Assembly (NCBI GenBank): GCA_016296675.1
Contig: JAEDIV010000001.1
Coordinates: 1 to 55,944 of the forward strand
Source: Clostridia bacterium
GTDB lineage: Bacteria > Bacillota > Clostridia > Christensenellales > Aristaeellaceae
DNA length: 55,944 nucleotides
Direction of reading: 5' to 3'
Below the pieces are notes generated by a model, which worked only from the letters and a program-made list of their open reading frames with translations, ran no database searches and was not told the origin of the DNA. Positions within the stretch are counted from its first letter, which is position 1. The number at the start of each line of letters is the position of its first letter. Below are positions 16,412-25,035 of the stretch, in pieces. The position numbers were made by a program, and so were the translations under genes.

Positions 16412-17197
16412 ATGAAGAACTTTGTTATCGGCGCGCAGCTGTATTCCGTGCGCAACCTCGTACAGGATGCCGAAGGCCTGAAAAACACACTGAAAAGTCT
16501 TAAGGAAATGGGCTATAACACCTGTCAGCTGTCCGGCCAGAGCCGCGACATTCCCGACGAAGTCGTGCGCGATATTCTGGAAGAAACCGGTATGACTCCC
16601 GTCGTCACCCACAACTCCATGGATGATTTTGATAAAGAACTCGACGCGCTGATCCGCCGCCACAAGACCTGGAATGTCAAATATGCAGGTCTGGGCTCCA
16701 TGAGCGGCGAATACCGCACAAGCGCCGAGGGCTTTAAGAAATTCGCGCTGCATATCAACGAAATTGCAAAGAAGCTCGCCGATGAAGGCCTCACCTTTGT
16801 CTACCACAACCACGCCTTCGAATTTGAGCGCTTTGACGGCGTGCTCGGCATGGACATCCTGTTTGATACCTTCTGTCCCGAAGCGCAGTTTGAGCTGGAC
16901 ACCTATTGGGTACAGGCGGGCGGATGCGATCCGGTTGCATGGATCAAAAAGGTCAACGGACGCATGGACGTAGGCCATTTCAAAGACATGGCCGGCTGCG
17001 CGGAAAACGGACAGCACCACAAGATGGTTCCCATCGGAAGCGGCAATCTCAACTGGCCCGAAATCATCCGTGCATGCGAAGAAACCGGCGTCAAGTATGT
17101 CGAAATCGAGCAGGACAACGCGGCTGACACACAGTGCCCGCTCGGCCAGATGAAATCCTCCATCGACTATTTAAAGACGCTCGGCGTTACCTTCTGA
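16412..17197 (+). CDS. sugar phosphate isomerase/epimerase (xylose isomerase-like TIM barrel)
   Basis: Start ATG 16412 after SD GGAGGTG. Motifs FVYHNHAFEF and YVEIEQD are typical of the family. Confidence 0.8.
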   Translation: MKNFVIGAQLYSVRNLVQDAEGLKNTLKSLKEMGYNTCQLSGQSRDIPDEVVRDILEETGMTPVVTHNSMDDFDKELDALIRRHKTWNVKYAGLGSMSGEYRTSAEGFKKFALHINEIAKKLADEGLTFVYHNHAFEFERFDGVLGMDILFDTFCPEAQFELDTYWVQAGGCDPVAWIKKVNGRMDVGHFKDMAGCAENGQHHKMVPIGSGNLNWPEIIRACEETGVKYVEIEQDNAADTQCPLGQMKSSIDYLKTLGVTF

Positions 17198-17661
17198 TGT
17201 TTACAAAAAACGATGAAACCATGATGCGATTCGCGCTTGAAGAAGCGCGGGTCGCATTTCAGGAAGGCGAGATCCCCGTAGGCGCCGTGATTGCGCACGG
17301 GGATGTTTTGCTTGCGCGCGCCCACAACACGCGCGAAAGCGCCTGCGACCCTACCGCCCACGCTGAAATCAACGTTCTCAGGGAAGCCGCCCGAAAGACG
17401 GGGCGATGGCGCATGAAAGATCTTACCATATATGTGACGCTCGAGCCTTGCCCCATGTGCGCAGGCGCAATCGCGATGAGCGGCATGAAAAAACTGGTTT
17501 TCGGCGCACATGACACGCAGTACGGCTGCGCAGGCAGCATTTACCGTCTGACAGAGGACCCGGCGCTGCCGGGCTATTGTCCGTCTGACGGCGGTCTTAT
17601 GGAGGATGAGTGCGCTCATCTTTTAAACGAATTCTGGTCCGATACGCGCAGTAAAAAATGA
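17197..17661 (+). CDS. tadA: tRNA adenosine(34) deaminase TadA
   Basis: HAE...LEPCPMCAGAI zinc-deaminase motifs. Start ATG 17197 shares one base with the upstream TGA (TGATG). Confidence 0.9.
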   Translation: MFTKNDETMMRFALEEARVAFQEGEIPVGAVIAHGDVLLARAHNTRESACDPTAHAEINVLREAARKTGRWRMKDLTIYVTLEPCPMCAGAIAMSGMKKLVFGAHDTQYGCAGSIYRLTEDPALPGYCPSDGGLMEDECAHLLNEFWSDTRSKK

Positions 17662-17836
17662 AAAATATCTCTGTCACGTAAAATTTCCAAGCATAACGGA
17701 AATTCAAATCAAAATTGCCCGGCAAGTGATATACTTTATACAGGGCTGTTTTCTTATGTAGAACTGATCCGTACAGGCGCTGCACTGTACGGTAAAAATA
17801 AAACAAAACATATCAACACAGAAAAGGAGGTAACTT

Positions 17837-19540
17837 ATGGCCAAAAAACCCGTTTCTTCGCAAAACCGAAGAAGAAACGCACCGAAAACGAATTCCAATG
17901 CACTGCGCATCATCCCCTTGGGCGGTCTGGGTGAGATCGGAAAGAACATGACCGCTTTTGAGTACGGCAACGATATCATCGTTGTGGATATCGGCTCCAT
18001 CTTCCCGCGCGAGGACATGCCCGGCGTAGACCTCGTCATCCCTGACACATCCTATCTCCAGATGAACCGCGACCGCGTTCGCGGATATATGATCACCCAC
18101 GGCCATGAAGACCATATCGGCGCGGCTCCGTATGTGCTCAGGGAAATCCCTGCGCCCGTGTATGCCACGCGCCTGACTGCCGCTTTGATTGAAAGCAAGC
18201 TCAAAGAGCACAAACTGCTCGGAAGCGTAAATATAAATGTAATCGAGCCCGTCGATGTTATAACCGCGGGCGTATTCAAAGTAGAGTTTATCCGCATGAG
18301 CCACTCCATCGCCGGAACATGCGCCCTGGCCATTCATACGCCGGTGGGCGTTATCGTTCACACGGGCGATTTCAAGGTGGATTATACGCCCATCGACGGC
18401 CAGCTGATGGATCTGGGCAGGCTGGGCGCTCTGGGCACGAAAGGCGTTCTTCTCATGATGGCGGATTCCACCAATGTTGAGCGTCCCGGCTACACCATGA
18501 GCGAAAGAAAAGTCGGCGAAACGTTCAACAATCTTTTCGACCGCGCACAGGGACGCATCATCATCGCGATGTTCGCAAGCAACGTTCACCGCATCCAGAT
18601 GGTTATCGACGCTGCCGTACGGCGTCACCGCCGCGTATGTCTGATCGGAAGAAGCATGGTGAACGTCGCGCGCTTAAGCACGCAGCTGGGCTATATGACC
18701 GTTCCCGAAGGGTATCTAATCAATGCGGATGATCTGGACAGATATCCGGATGACGAAATCGTCGTCATCACGACAGGCAGCCAGGGCGAACCCATGAGCG
18801 GTCTTGCGCGCATGGCGTTTCAGGAGCACAAAAAGCTGGAAATCCGCCCCGGCGACATGGTCATCGTATCTGCAACTCCCATCCCCGGAAACGAAAAAAG
18901 CGTATCGCGCGTACTCAACCAATTGGTCAAGACCGGCGCAGACGTTATCTATGACGCGCTTGCCGAAGTCCATGTGTCCGGTCACGCGCGCCAGGAAGAG
19001 CTTAAGCTCATCCATGCGCTGGTCAAACCGAAGTATTTCATTCCCGTGCACGGCGAATACAGGCATCTTTATCATCATGCCAATCTCGCAATCACCATGG
19101 GCATGCCGGAAGAAAACGTGCTCATTCCCGACAACGGCACCGTCATCGAACTTACGCCCGACAGCATGAAGGCTGTGGACGCTGTATCCTCCGGCGCAGT
19201 TCTGATCGATGGTCTGGGGATCGGCGACGTCGGCGAAACTGTGCTTCGCGACAGAAAGCATCTTTCGGAAGACGGCCTTATCATCGTGGTCATCGGCCTT
19301 GATCACGAGGACGGCACGCTTGTCAGCGGCCCCGACATTGTCTCGCGCGGCTTCGTCTATGTAAAGGAAAACGAGGACATCATGGAAGGCGCGCGCGCTA
19401 CCGTGCGCCGCATTCTTGACGCCAAGCTCTATACCGGCATCTCCACAAGCGCGCTCAAGGATATGATAAGAGAGGCTCTGTCCCGCTATATCTACGATAC
19501 CATCAAGCGCAATCCCATGATTCTGACCATTATTGTCTGA
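17837..19540 (+). CDS. rnj: ribonuclease J
   Basis: 567 aa. LRIIPLGGLGEIGKNMT start, metallo-beta-lactamase motif ITHGHEDHIG, and beta-CASP/C-terminal domain. SD AAAGGAGG. Confidence 0.95.
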   Translation: MAKKPVSSQNRRRNAPKTNSNALRIIPLGGLGEIGKNMTAFEYGNDIIVVDIGSIFPREDMPGVDLVIPDTSYLQMNRDRVRGYMITHGHEDHIGAAPYVLREIPAPVYATRLTAALIESKLKEHKLLGSVNINVIEPVDVITAGVFKVEFIRMSHSIAGTCALAIHTPVGVIVHTGDFKVDYTPIDGQLMDLGRLGALGTKGVLLMMADSTNVERPGYTMSERKVGETFNNLFDRAQGRIIIAMFASNVHRIQMVIDAAVRRHRRVCLIGRSMVNVARLSTQLGYMTVPEGYLINADDLDRYPDDEIVVITTGSQGEPMSGLARMAFQEHKKLEIRPGDMVIVSATPIPGNEKSVSRVLNQLVKTGADVIYDALAEVHVSGHARQEELKLIHALVKPKYFIPVHGEYRHLYHHANLAITMGMPEENVLIPDNGTVIELTPDSMKAVDAVSSGAVLIDGLGIGDVGETVLRDRKHLSEDGLIIVVIGLDHEDGTLVSGPDIVSRGFVYVKENEDIMEGARATVRRILDAKLYTGISTSALKDMIREALSRYIYDTIKRNPMILTIIV

Positions 19541-19592
19541 TAAAAATGAACATTGGCTTCATCAAATCCGTCCAAGAGAGGAAACAAACACC

Positions 19593-19943
19593 ATGAATGT
19601 TTACGATCAGGCGCATGCGCTCGCGCGTTCGCTCAAGGAAACCGAAGAATACAGGGAGTATATCCGCCTGAAGACGCTGGCATATGAGGATTCCACCAAC
19701 AAAGCGCTTCTGGACGAATATAAGCGCATGCAGTTCAGGCTCCAGGCGCGCGCAGCCTCGGGCGAAGGCATGGACAACGAAGAAATGCAGAAGCTTCAAA
19801 GAATCGCTTCTCTTCTTCAGTTCAATCAGGATGCGTCCCAGTACCTTCTGGCAGAATTCCGCTTTCAGAAAATGCTCGCGGACATTTATAAAATTCTCGG
19901 CGATGTAGCCGGCATCGATATCGATGCGCTCACGCAGGCCTGA
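19593..19943 (+). CDS. YlbF/YmcA family regulator-like protein
   Basis: MNVYDQAHALARSLKETEEYREY...LLQFNQDASQYLLAEFRFQKMLADIYKIL matches the UPF0342/YlbF pattern as I recall it. Start ATG 19593 after AGAGAGG. Confidence 0.7.
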   Translation: MNVYDQAHALARSLKETEEYREYIRLKTLAYEDSTNKALLDEYKRMQFRLQARAASGEGMDNEEMQKLQRIASLLQFNQDASQYLLAEFRFQKMLADIYKILGDVAGIDIDALTQA

Positions 19944-19960
19944 TCAATCGGAGGGAAGAT

Positions 19961-21238
19961 ATGTCCAAACATCGGAAAAAGAAGCGCATTCAGGACCGAA
20001 ATCCGTTCAAGCCGCGCCGCTATACGCGCGAAACCGTCATGCGCGACCGCGAATACGGCATGTTCTGGTATGCATGGCTGTGGCAGATTCTAAGGCCTGT
20101 GGTCATTTTCACGTGCGCTCTTTTGATCGTCGTCGGCCTGATTTCAACCGCGTGGGAAAAAATCTACAACGGCTATATTTCAGCGCCGGATGAAAACGAC
20201 TATCTGACGCCCGGCTTTACCATCTCTTCCGGCGAATCCATTTCGACCATCGGAAAAAACTTAGAAGCGCAGGGCTATATCAAATCCCCCTCTGTTTTCA
20301 AGTATTACATTCAGTTCTACGGCCTTACCAACAAAATCCAGTCCGGTATGTATTACCTTTCGCGCGATATGAATCTGTTTGAGGTCGTGGATGCAATTTC
20401 CTCCGGAAATGCCACCAACGAGCGCACCATCCGCATCATTCCCGGCTGGACGGTCGAGGAGATCGCAAAATATCTGAAAGACATCGGCGCAATCGCAAAC
20501 GAATCCGATTTCCTGTCCGCGTGCAAGCAATATGAGCCCTTCCTGGGCTACAGCCTCGCGCTCATCAATGCCGAGAGCAACGAGAATCTGATCAGGCGCG
20601 CTTATCCGCTTGAGGGCTATCTCGCGCCGGACACCTACCGCGTGTATCTCTCAGCCGATGCACAATCCATCATCCGCACCCTCTTAAGGCAGACAGACGT
20701 CGTCTATGCGTCCCTTTTCACCAACGAAGCCGTTTATGATGAAAACGGAAACCTCGTAAAGGAAGCCGATCCCTACGGCACCAAGCAGGTTCCGCTCACG
20801 GAAAGCCAGATCATCACCCTCGCCTCCGTCATCGAAAAAGAAGCGACGACGATCGAGGACATGAAAAAGGTAAGCGCAGTATTCTATAACCGCCTGGCTG
20901 CCGGCATGCGGCTTGAAAGCGATCCGACCGCCACCTATCTTACCGGCACTACGCGTCTGGCGCTGACGACAGAAGACATTTCCGCCAATACGCAGTACAA
21001 CACCTACCGCGTAGCGGGACTTCCCGTCGGTCCGATCTGCAATCCTTCCAAGAACGCCCTGGTCGCCGCGATGAATCCGGATGAGACGTTCATAAACGAA
21101 AACTATCTTTTCTTCTGCGCCGCTGAGCCCGCGTCGGGCAAATTGGTCTTTGCCAAAACCAATGAAGAACACGAGGCCAACGTAAACAAATACCGCCCGC
21201 TCTGGCAGGCCTACGATCTTGAGCACAACGCACAGTAA
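19961..21238 (+). CDS. mltG: endolytic murein transglycosylase MltG (YceG-like)
   Basis: N-terminal TM followed by a YceG-like domain (LEGYLAPDTY...VITLASVIEKEA...VFYNRL...LESDPT...YNTYRVAGLPVGPICNP). Confidence 0.9.
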   Translation: MSKHRKKKRIQDRNPFKPRRYTRETVMRDREYGMFWYAWLWQILRPVVIFTCALLIVVGLISTAWEKIYNGYISAPDENDYLTPGFTISSGESISTIGKNLEAQGYIKSPSVFKYYIQFYGLTNKIQSGMYYLSRDMNLFEVVDAISSGNATNERTIRIIPGWTVEEIAKYLKDIGAIANESDFLSACKQYEPFLGYSLALINAESNENLIRRAYPLEGYLAPDTYRVYLSADAQSIIRTLLRQTDVVYASLFTNEAVYDENGNLVKEADPYGTKQVPLTESQIITLASVIEKEATTIEDMKKVSAVFYNRLAAGMRLESDPTATYLTGTTRLALTTEDISANTQYNTYRVAGLPVGPICNPSKNALVAAMNPDETFINENYLFFCAAEPASGKLVFAKTNEEHEANVNKYRPLWQAYDLEHNAQ

Positions 21239-21343
21239 TCGTTTTTCTTCGCTGTCCAATCATTTGGGAAGGTAAAAAACATCATCCAAACTGTATTTTA
21301 AAGCCACAGTCCCATCGGACAGGCAAGCAAAACACAACACCCG

Positions 21344-21351
21344 CATACACT
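21344..21351 (+). promoter_or_regulatory. SigE-type -10-like element upstream of sigK
   Basis: CATACACT matches the CATACA-T -10 consensus recalled for mother-cell SigE promoters. No convincing -35 seen. Confidence 0.2.
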
Positions 21352-21387
21352 CCCGTGAAGAAGCAAAGCTTTTCGGGAGGGATGCGG

Positions 21388-22074
21388 GTGTTATCGGATC
21401 TTCTTATCTACATTCTGGACGGCGCGCAGATTCTCTTCGGGCATCTGCGCATTCGCTCTTCCTTTCCCAAGCCGCTTTCCGAAAAGGAAGAAGAGGAAAA
21501 AATCCGCCTTGCCTGCGAAGGCGATGAGGAAGCAAAACGGCTTTTGATCGAGCACAATCTCAGGCTTGTCGCTCACATCGCAAAAAAATACGCCGGCGGC
21601 GCAGATACAGACGATCTCGTGAGCGTCGGAACCATCGGACTTATGAAAGCGGTATCCACCTTTCGTCCGGAGGTCGGAAGGCTCACAACCTATGCGTCAA
21701 GATGCATAGAAAACGAGATTCTGATGCTCCTTCGAGCAAGCAAAAAACTGAAAAGCAATATATCGTTCAACGAACCCATCGGCGCGGATAAGGACGGAAA
21801 CAGCATTCTCGTATCCGATCTTCTGGGAACGGATCCAAACGCGCTGAGCGATGAAGCGGAAATCAGAATCGAATCCAGGCGTGCGCTCGCCCTCATTCCA
21901 AAGCTACTCACCCCAAGAGAGCAGAAGGTCGTCTACCTCCGCTACGGCCTGATCGGCGGTGCGCCAAAGCCGCAGCATGCCGTAGCAAAACTTCTCGGAA
22001 TCTCAAGAAGCTATGTCTCCCGGATTGAAAAAAAGGCGCTTGAAAAATTAAGAGGCGCGCTTATGGGCGAATAA
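21388..22074 (+). CDS. sigK: sporulation pro-sigma factor SigK (uninterrupted)
   Basis: Pro-sequence, then FPKPLSEKEE...LIEHNLRLVAHIAKKY...TYASRCIENEILMLLR, closest by eye to the B. subtilis SigK motifs (AFPQPLS, IEHNLRLVAHIVKKF). I prefer GTG 21388, 7 nt after the GGAGG core. ATG 21382 or GTG 21355 remain possible. Confidence 0.75.
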   Translation: MLSDLLIYILDGAQILFGHLRIRSSFPKPLSEKEEEEKIRLACEGDEEAKRLLIEHNLRLVAHIAKKYAGGADTDDLVSVGTIGLMKAVSTFRPEVGRLTTYASRCIENEILMLLRASKKLKSNISFNEPIGADKDGNSILVSDLLGTDPNALSDEAEIRIESRRALALIPKLLTPREQKVVYLRYGLIGGAPKPQHAVAKLLGISRSYVSRIEKKALEKLRGALMGE

Positions 22075-22086
22075 GGCGCATAAAAA

Positions 22087-22116
22087 CCGGGCCGGATCAT
22101 ACCAGATCCTGCCCGG
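22087..22116. terminator. bidirectional intrinsic terminator
   Basis: CCGGGCCGGATC-ATACCA-GATCCTGCCCGG, flanked by AAAAA (left) and TTTT (right), between convergent sigK and the NlpC/P60 gene. Confidence 0.7.
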
Positions 22117-22136
22117 TTTTCAATTGCCTGTCTTCT

Positions 22137-23123
22137 TTATACGTATCTTCTGCCCCAGCAGAAAGTCTCATAATAATATCCGGAGCTCATCTTGGAGACG
22201 ACAACCATGCCGGCCGCGCTGGACGCATGGATAAAATAGCCGCTGCCAAGATAGATGCCGACATGATCGATGATGTTATCGTCATTGCCCTCGCAGTCGA
22301 AGCAGACGATATCGCCGCGCTTGAGTTCGCGTCTGGAAACAAAAGCCACGTTTCCGCTGTGTCCGATTTCCTTCACGCTGGAAGGAACGCTGAAGCCAAG
22401 CGTGGCAAACATTGCTCTTACAAAAGACGCATTTTTGAAGGTTGTGGTATTGTTGGGGCTCGACGCATATTTGCATCCGAGGCGGGACTGCGCCGCGTAG
22501 ATGATGTATTCGATATACTTGCTTCTTCCCATGCTGGCTGCAACGTAGGACTGCTTGCTCTTTACGGCGCTGGGCATTTTGGTGGAAGAATTGGAGGAAG
22601 AATACGTACCCTTTTTGCTGGAAGAGAGCGCGAAGATATCCTTCTTGGTGGTGCTCAGATAAGACTTTCTGATGTAGCCGCTGCCCTTTCCGTCGTAATT
22701 GGTTACGAGGTAATAGCTGCCGGAAGTACCGACAATATAGACCGGATAGTCGGCCGTCAGGGTATTGATCACCTTGCTGGAAGAAGAAGCCTTCTGATAA
22801 AGCTTCGTCATCTTCGTGGTATACGCAAGCTGCTTGGTCTGGCTGGAGGACGACTTTTTCTTCATATCGTCCAGCTGCGCATACCCTTTCCTTCCATTAT
22901 AGGAAATGCGGGCCCAATTGCCGGAAGTGGCCAGAACCGTGAATTCGGTATTCTTCTTAAGATAGCCCAGATAATACTTATCGCTTTCCTTGTTGGTGGA
23001 ATAGACTTTCATCTTGCTGGCAGTAACAACCGCTGCATAGTCCGCAAGCGCATAGGCGGGCAGCATCATAAGAAGAAGGATCACAGCAATCACACGCTTT
23101 ACGCCTTTTGCAAATCTTTCCAT
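22137..23123 (-). CDS. C40 (NlpC/P60) peptidoglycan peptidase with SH3b-like repeats
   Basis: Start ATG 23123 after SD AAGGAGGG. Signal/anchor, two SH3b-like segments, Ser-rich linkers, and a C-terminal NlpC/P60 core (GCKY...DHVGIYLGSGYFIHAS). Confidence 0.85.
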   Translation of the reverse strand: MERFAKGVKRVIAVILLLMMLPAYALADYAAVVTASKMKVYSTNKESDKYYLGYLKKNTEFTVLATSGNWARISYNGRKGYAQLDDMKKKSSSSQTKQLAYTTKMTKLYQKASSSSKVINTLTADYPVYIVGTSGSYYLVTNYDGKGSGYIRKSYLSTTKKDIFALSSSKKGTYSSSNSSTKMPSAVKSKQSYVAASMGRSKYIEYIIYAAQSRLGCKYASSPNNTTTFKNASFVRAMFATLGFSVPSSVKEIGHSGNVAFVSRRELKRGDIVCFDCEGNDDNIIDHVGIYLGSGYFIHASSAAGMVVVSKMSSGYYYETFCWGRRYV

Positions 23124-23241
23124 ATTTTTCCCTCCTTGTATCGACAAGGTATATTGCCATATACCTATAATAAAGCTGTTTTACCATTCATATAACTATG
23201 TATAATAATCATAGCATACCTGCTTTCAAAAATCAAGCATT

Positions 23242-23287
23242 CAGGATGCAATATCATAATTTTGCAGGATGCAATATCATAATTTTG
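23242..23287. repeat. perfect 2 x 23-bp tandem repeat
   Basis: CAGGATGCAATATCATAATTTTG occurs at 23242-23264 and again at 23265-23287. Confidence 0.9.
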
Positions 23288-23394
23288 CCATGAGCATTAT
23301 TCTGTTTATGGCTATAGACCCCTTGCAGGCATTCGCCTTTCAGCTGCATATAAAGAAAAGAGCGCCGCATACTTTGCAGCACCCTTTTTTCTAT

Positions 23395-23904
23395 TTATTT
23401 CACTTCTGCAATCGCAAACAGCACCCATTCGTTATCGTCCAGTTCGAAAAGCGCCTGAACGGCAATTCCTGCATCCGTTTGCCATGCCAGAACGCGTCTT
23501 TGGCCCGCGTTCTCTTCGTCTGCCAGATTGATTCTCATGATTTCAAGTCCCTCCGCGCCAAACGCCTCGGTTACTTCATCAATCGTCATGCCATGCTTGT
23601 AGGAAGAAAGCTTGCTTAAAGGAATATCGGCAACCGGCGCAGCATCACAGATGCTTTCAAATACACGCGTCTTTGCCTGCAGCCTTCCGCTTTCATAAAA
23701 TGCGCAGAGCACGCTGTTTTCATAGAGGTAATAGCCGTCCTCTGTTTCGGCGCATTCAAACGCATCGTCAAGCTCTGCTTTCGTTTTGCTCATTTCGATT
23801 CTGTCGTAAATCTCTTCCATCGCCTCAGCATTCGTGGCCTGTTCCGCCACGGCAGGAAGCATCATTATGAGAAACGCCAAGAAAACCGAAATCGCTTTTT
23901 TCAT
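23395..23904 (-). CDS. secreted hypothetical protein
   Basis: 169-aa ORF with signal peptide MKKAISVFLAFLIMMLPAVA. ATGA overlap with the recF stop. No family recognised with confidence. Confidence 0.6.
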   Translation of the reverse strand: MKKAISVFLAFLIMMLPAVAEQATNAEAMEEIYDRIEMSKTKAELDDAFECAETEDGYYLYENSVLCAFYESGRLQAKTRVFESICDAAPVADIPLSKLSSYKHGMTIDEVTEAFGAEGLEIMRINLADEENAGQRRVLAWQTDAGIAVQALFELDDNEWVLFAIAEVK

Positions 23905-25010
23905 CGGTTTTGAACCTCCTCAAGCGTCGCGTTTATAACTTTAAAAACCCTGCCGCACTGTGCGCCCGCAAGATCTTCGATATCCGTGCAGGTGACAAAG
24001 GTCTGAACGCCTGAAAGCATGCCCAGAAGCATGCGCCTTCTGCCGGGATCCAGTTCGCTCATCACATCATCCAGCATAAGAACCGGCGCCTCCCCGCTCT
24101 CCTCCGTCATGATGGAAAGCTCCGAAAGCTTCATCGAAAGCGCGCACGTTCTTACCTGTCCCTGGCTACCGTAGGCGCGCGCATCCATGCCGTTTAAATT
24201 CATGCACACATCGTCCCTGTGAGGACCGATGGAGGTGACCATGCGCTTAAGATCAATGCTTCTTGCGCGCCTGAGCGTTTCATGAATCGCATACTCAAGC
24301 GCTTCTCCGCTTTCCTCGCTCTGAACGCTCGGGCAGTATTCGACCGACAGCTTTTCAAGTCCGCCGGATACCTCCGCATGGATTTCACCCGCCCTTACAG
24401 ACAGCTTTCTGATAAAGTTTCGACGCATATCCATGATGAGCGCACCGGACTGCGCCAGCTGCTCATCAAACATGTCGATCATGGAAACGGCAGCGGGGTT
24501 GACGGAAGCTTCCTTCAAAAGCGCGCCCCTCTGCTTGAGCGCGCGGGCGTACCTTTGAAGAGCGTAATAGTATTTAGGCCTGAGCTGCGAAAGCTCCATG
24601 TCCACAAATCTGCGCCGTTCGGAAGGGCCGTCCTTGACCATTCGAAGGTCCTCCGGCGCAAACAGAACGCCGGTAATGTGCCCAAGCATCTCGCCGGACT
24701 TGGAAACCGGATTGCCGGCAACCTTGATCTTGCGCCTGCCCATCTGGGACAGGGCAATTTCAACGTCGTGCATGCCGTCATTGCGCCTTGCTTCCACCTT
24801 GATGCGCGCAAAGTCGTGACCCGTTTTGATCATTTCCTTGTCGTGCACGGTTCTGTGGGAACGTCCGGTGCAGGACAGATACACCGCTTCCAGAATGTTG
24901 GTCTTTCCCTGCGCATTGTTGCCGGTAAACACGGTAATACCGTCGCAGGGGCGGATGTCCGCCTCGGTATAGTTCCGAAAGCCCTGAAGCTCTATGGACG
25001 TAATGCGCAT
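23901..25010 (-). CDS. recF: DNA replication and repair protein RecF
   Basis: MRITSIELQGFRNY start, Walker A GNNAQGKTN, and SMC-like signature/Walker B (LMLDDVMSELD). Confidence 0.95.
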   Translation of the reverse strand: MRITSIELQGFRNYTEADIRPCDGITVFTGNNAQGKTNILEAVYLSCTGRSHRTVHDKEMIKTGHDFARIKVEARRNDGMHDVEIALSQMGRRKIKVAGNPVSKSGEMLGHITGVLFAPEDLRMVKDGPSERRRFVDMELSQLRPKYYYALQRYARALKQRGALLKEASVNPAAVSMIDMFDEQLAQSGALIMDMRRNFIRKLSVRAGEIHAEVSGGLEKLSVEYCPSVQSEESGEALEYAIHETLRRARSIDLKRMVTSIGPHRDDVCMNLNGMDARAYGSQGQVRTCALSMKLSELSIMTEESGEAPVLMLDDVMSELDPGRRRMLLGMLSGVQTFVTCTDIEDLAGAQCGRVFKVINATLEEVQNR

Positions 25011-25035
25011 CCGCTGCCTCCAAACTTGTATTTCG

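Noticed and set aside
17662-17836. Possible SRP RNA (scr/ffs) downstream of tadA, as in B. subtilis
   Set aside because: No SRP domain IV-like motifs or extended helix are visible. The interval more plausibly holds the rnj promoter and 5' UTR, with one 8-bp hairpin (CCGTACAG...CTGTACGG).
17813-18628. 271-aa minus-strand ORF antisense to rnj. Similar cases are 24219-25118 opposite recF, 12663-13439 opposite the rhamnosidase gene, 38860-39543 opposite the ThuA gene, and 40238-40864 opposite the oxidoreductase gene.
   Set aside because: All lie within well-supported genes on the other strand and show no family motifs or ribosome-binding sites.
21311-21323. 13-mer CCCATCGGACAGG shared between the sigK upstream region and 44477-44489
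   Set aside because: A 13-nt exact match is within chance expectation for about 56 kb compared on both strands (N squared over 4^13 is well above 1). The two contexts and orientations do not suggest a common site.
22227-23195. 322-aa plus-strand ORF antisense to the NlpC/P60 gene
   Set aside because: Shadow ORF. Its composition (G/R/A-rich) mirrors the Ser/Thr/Tyr-rich real gene, and it has no SD or motif.
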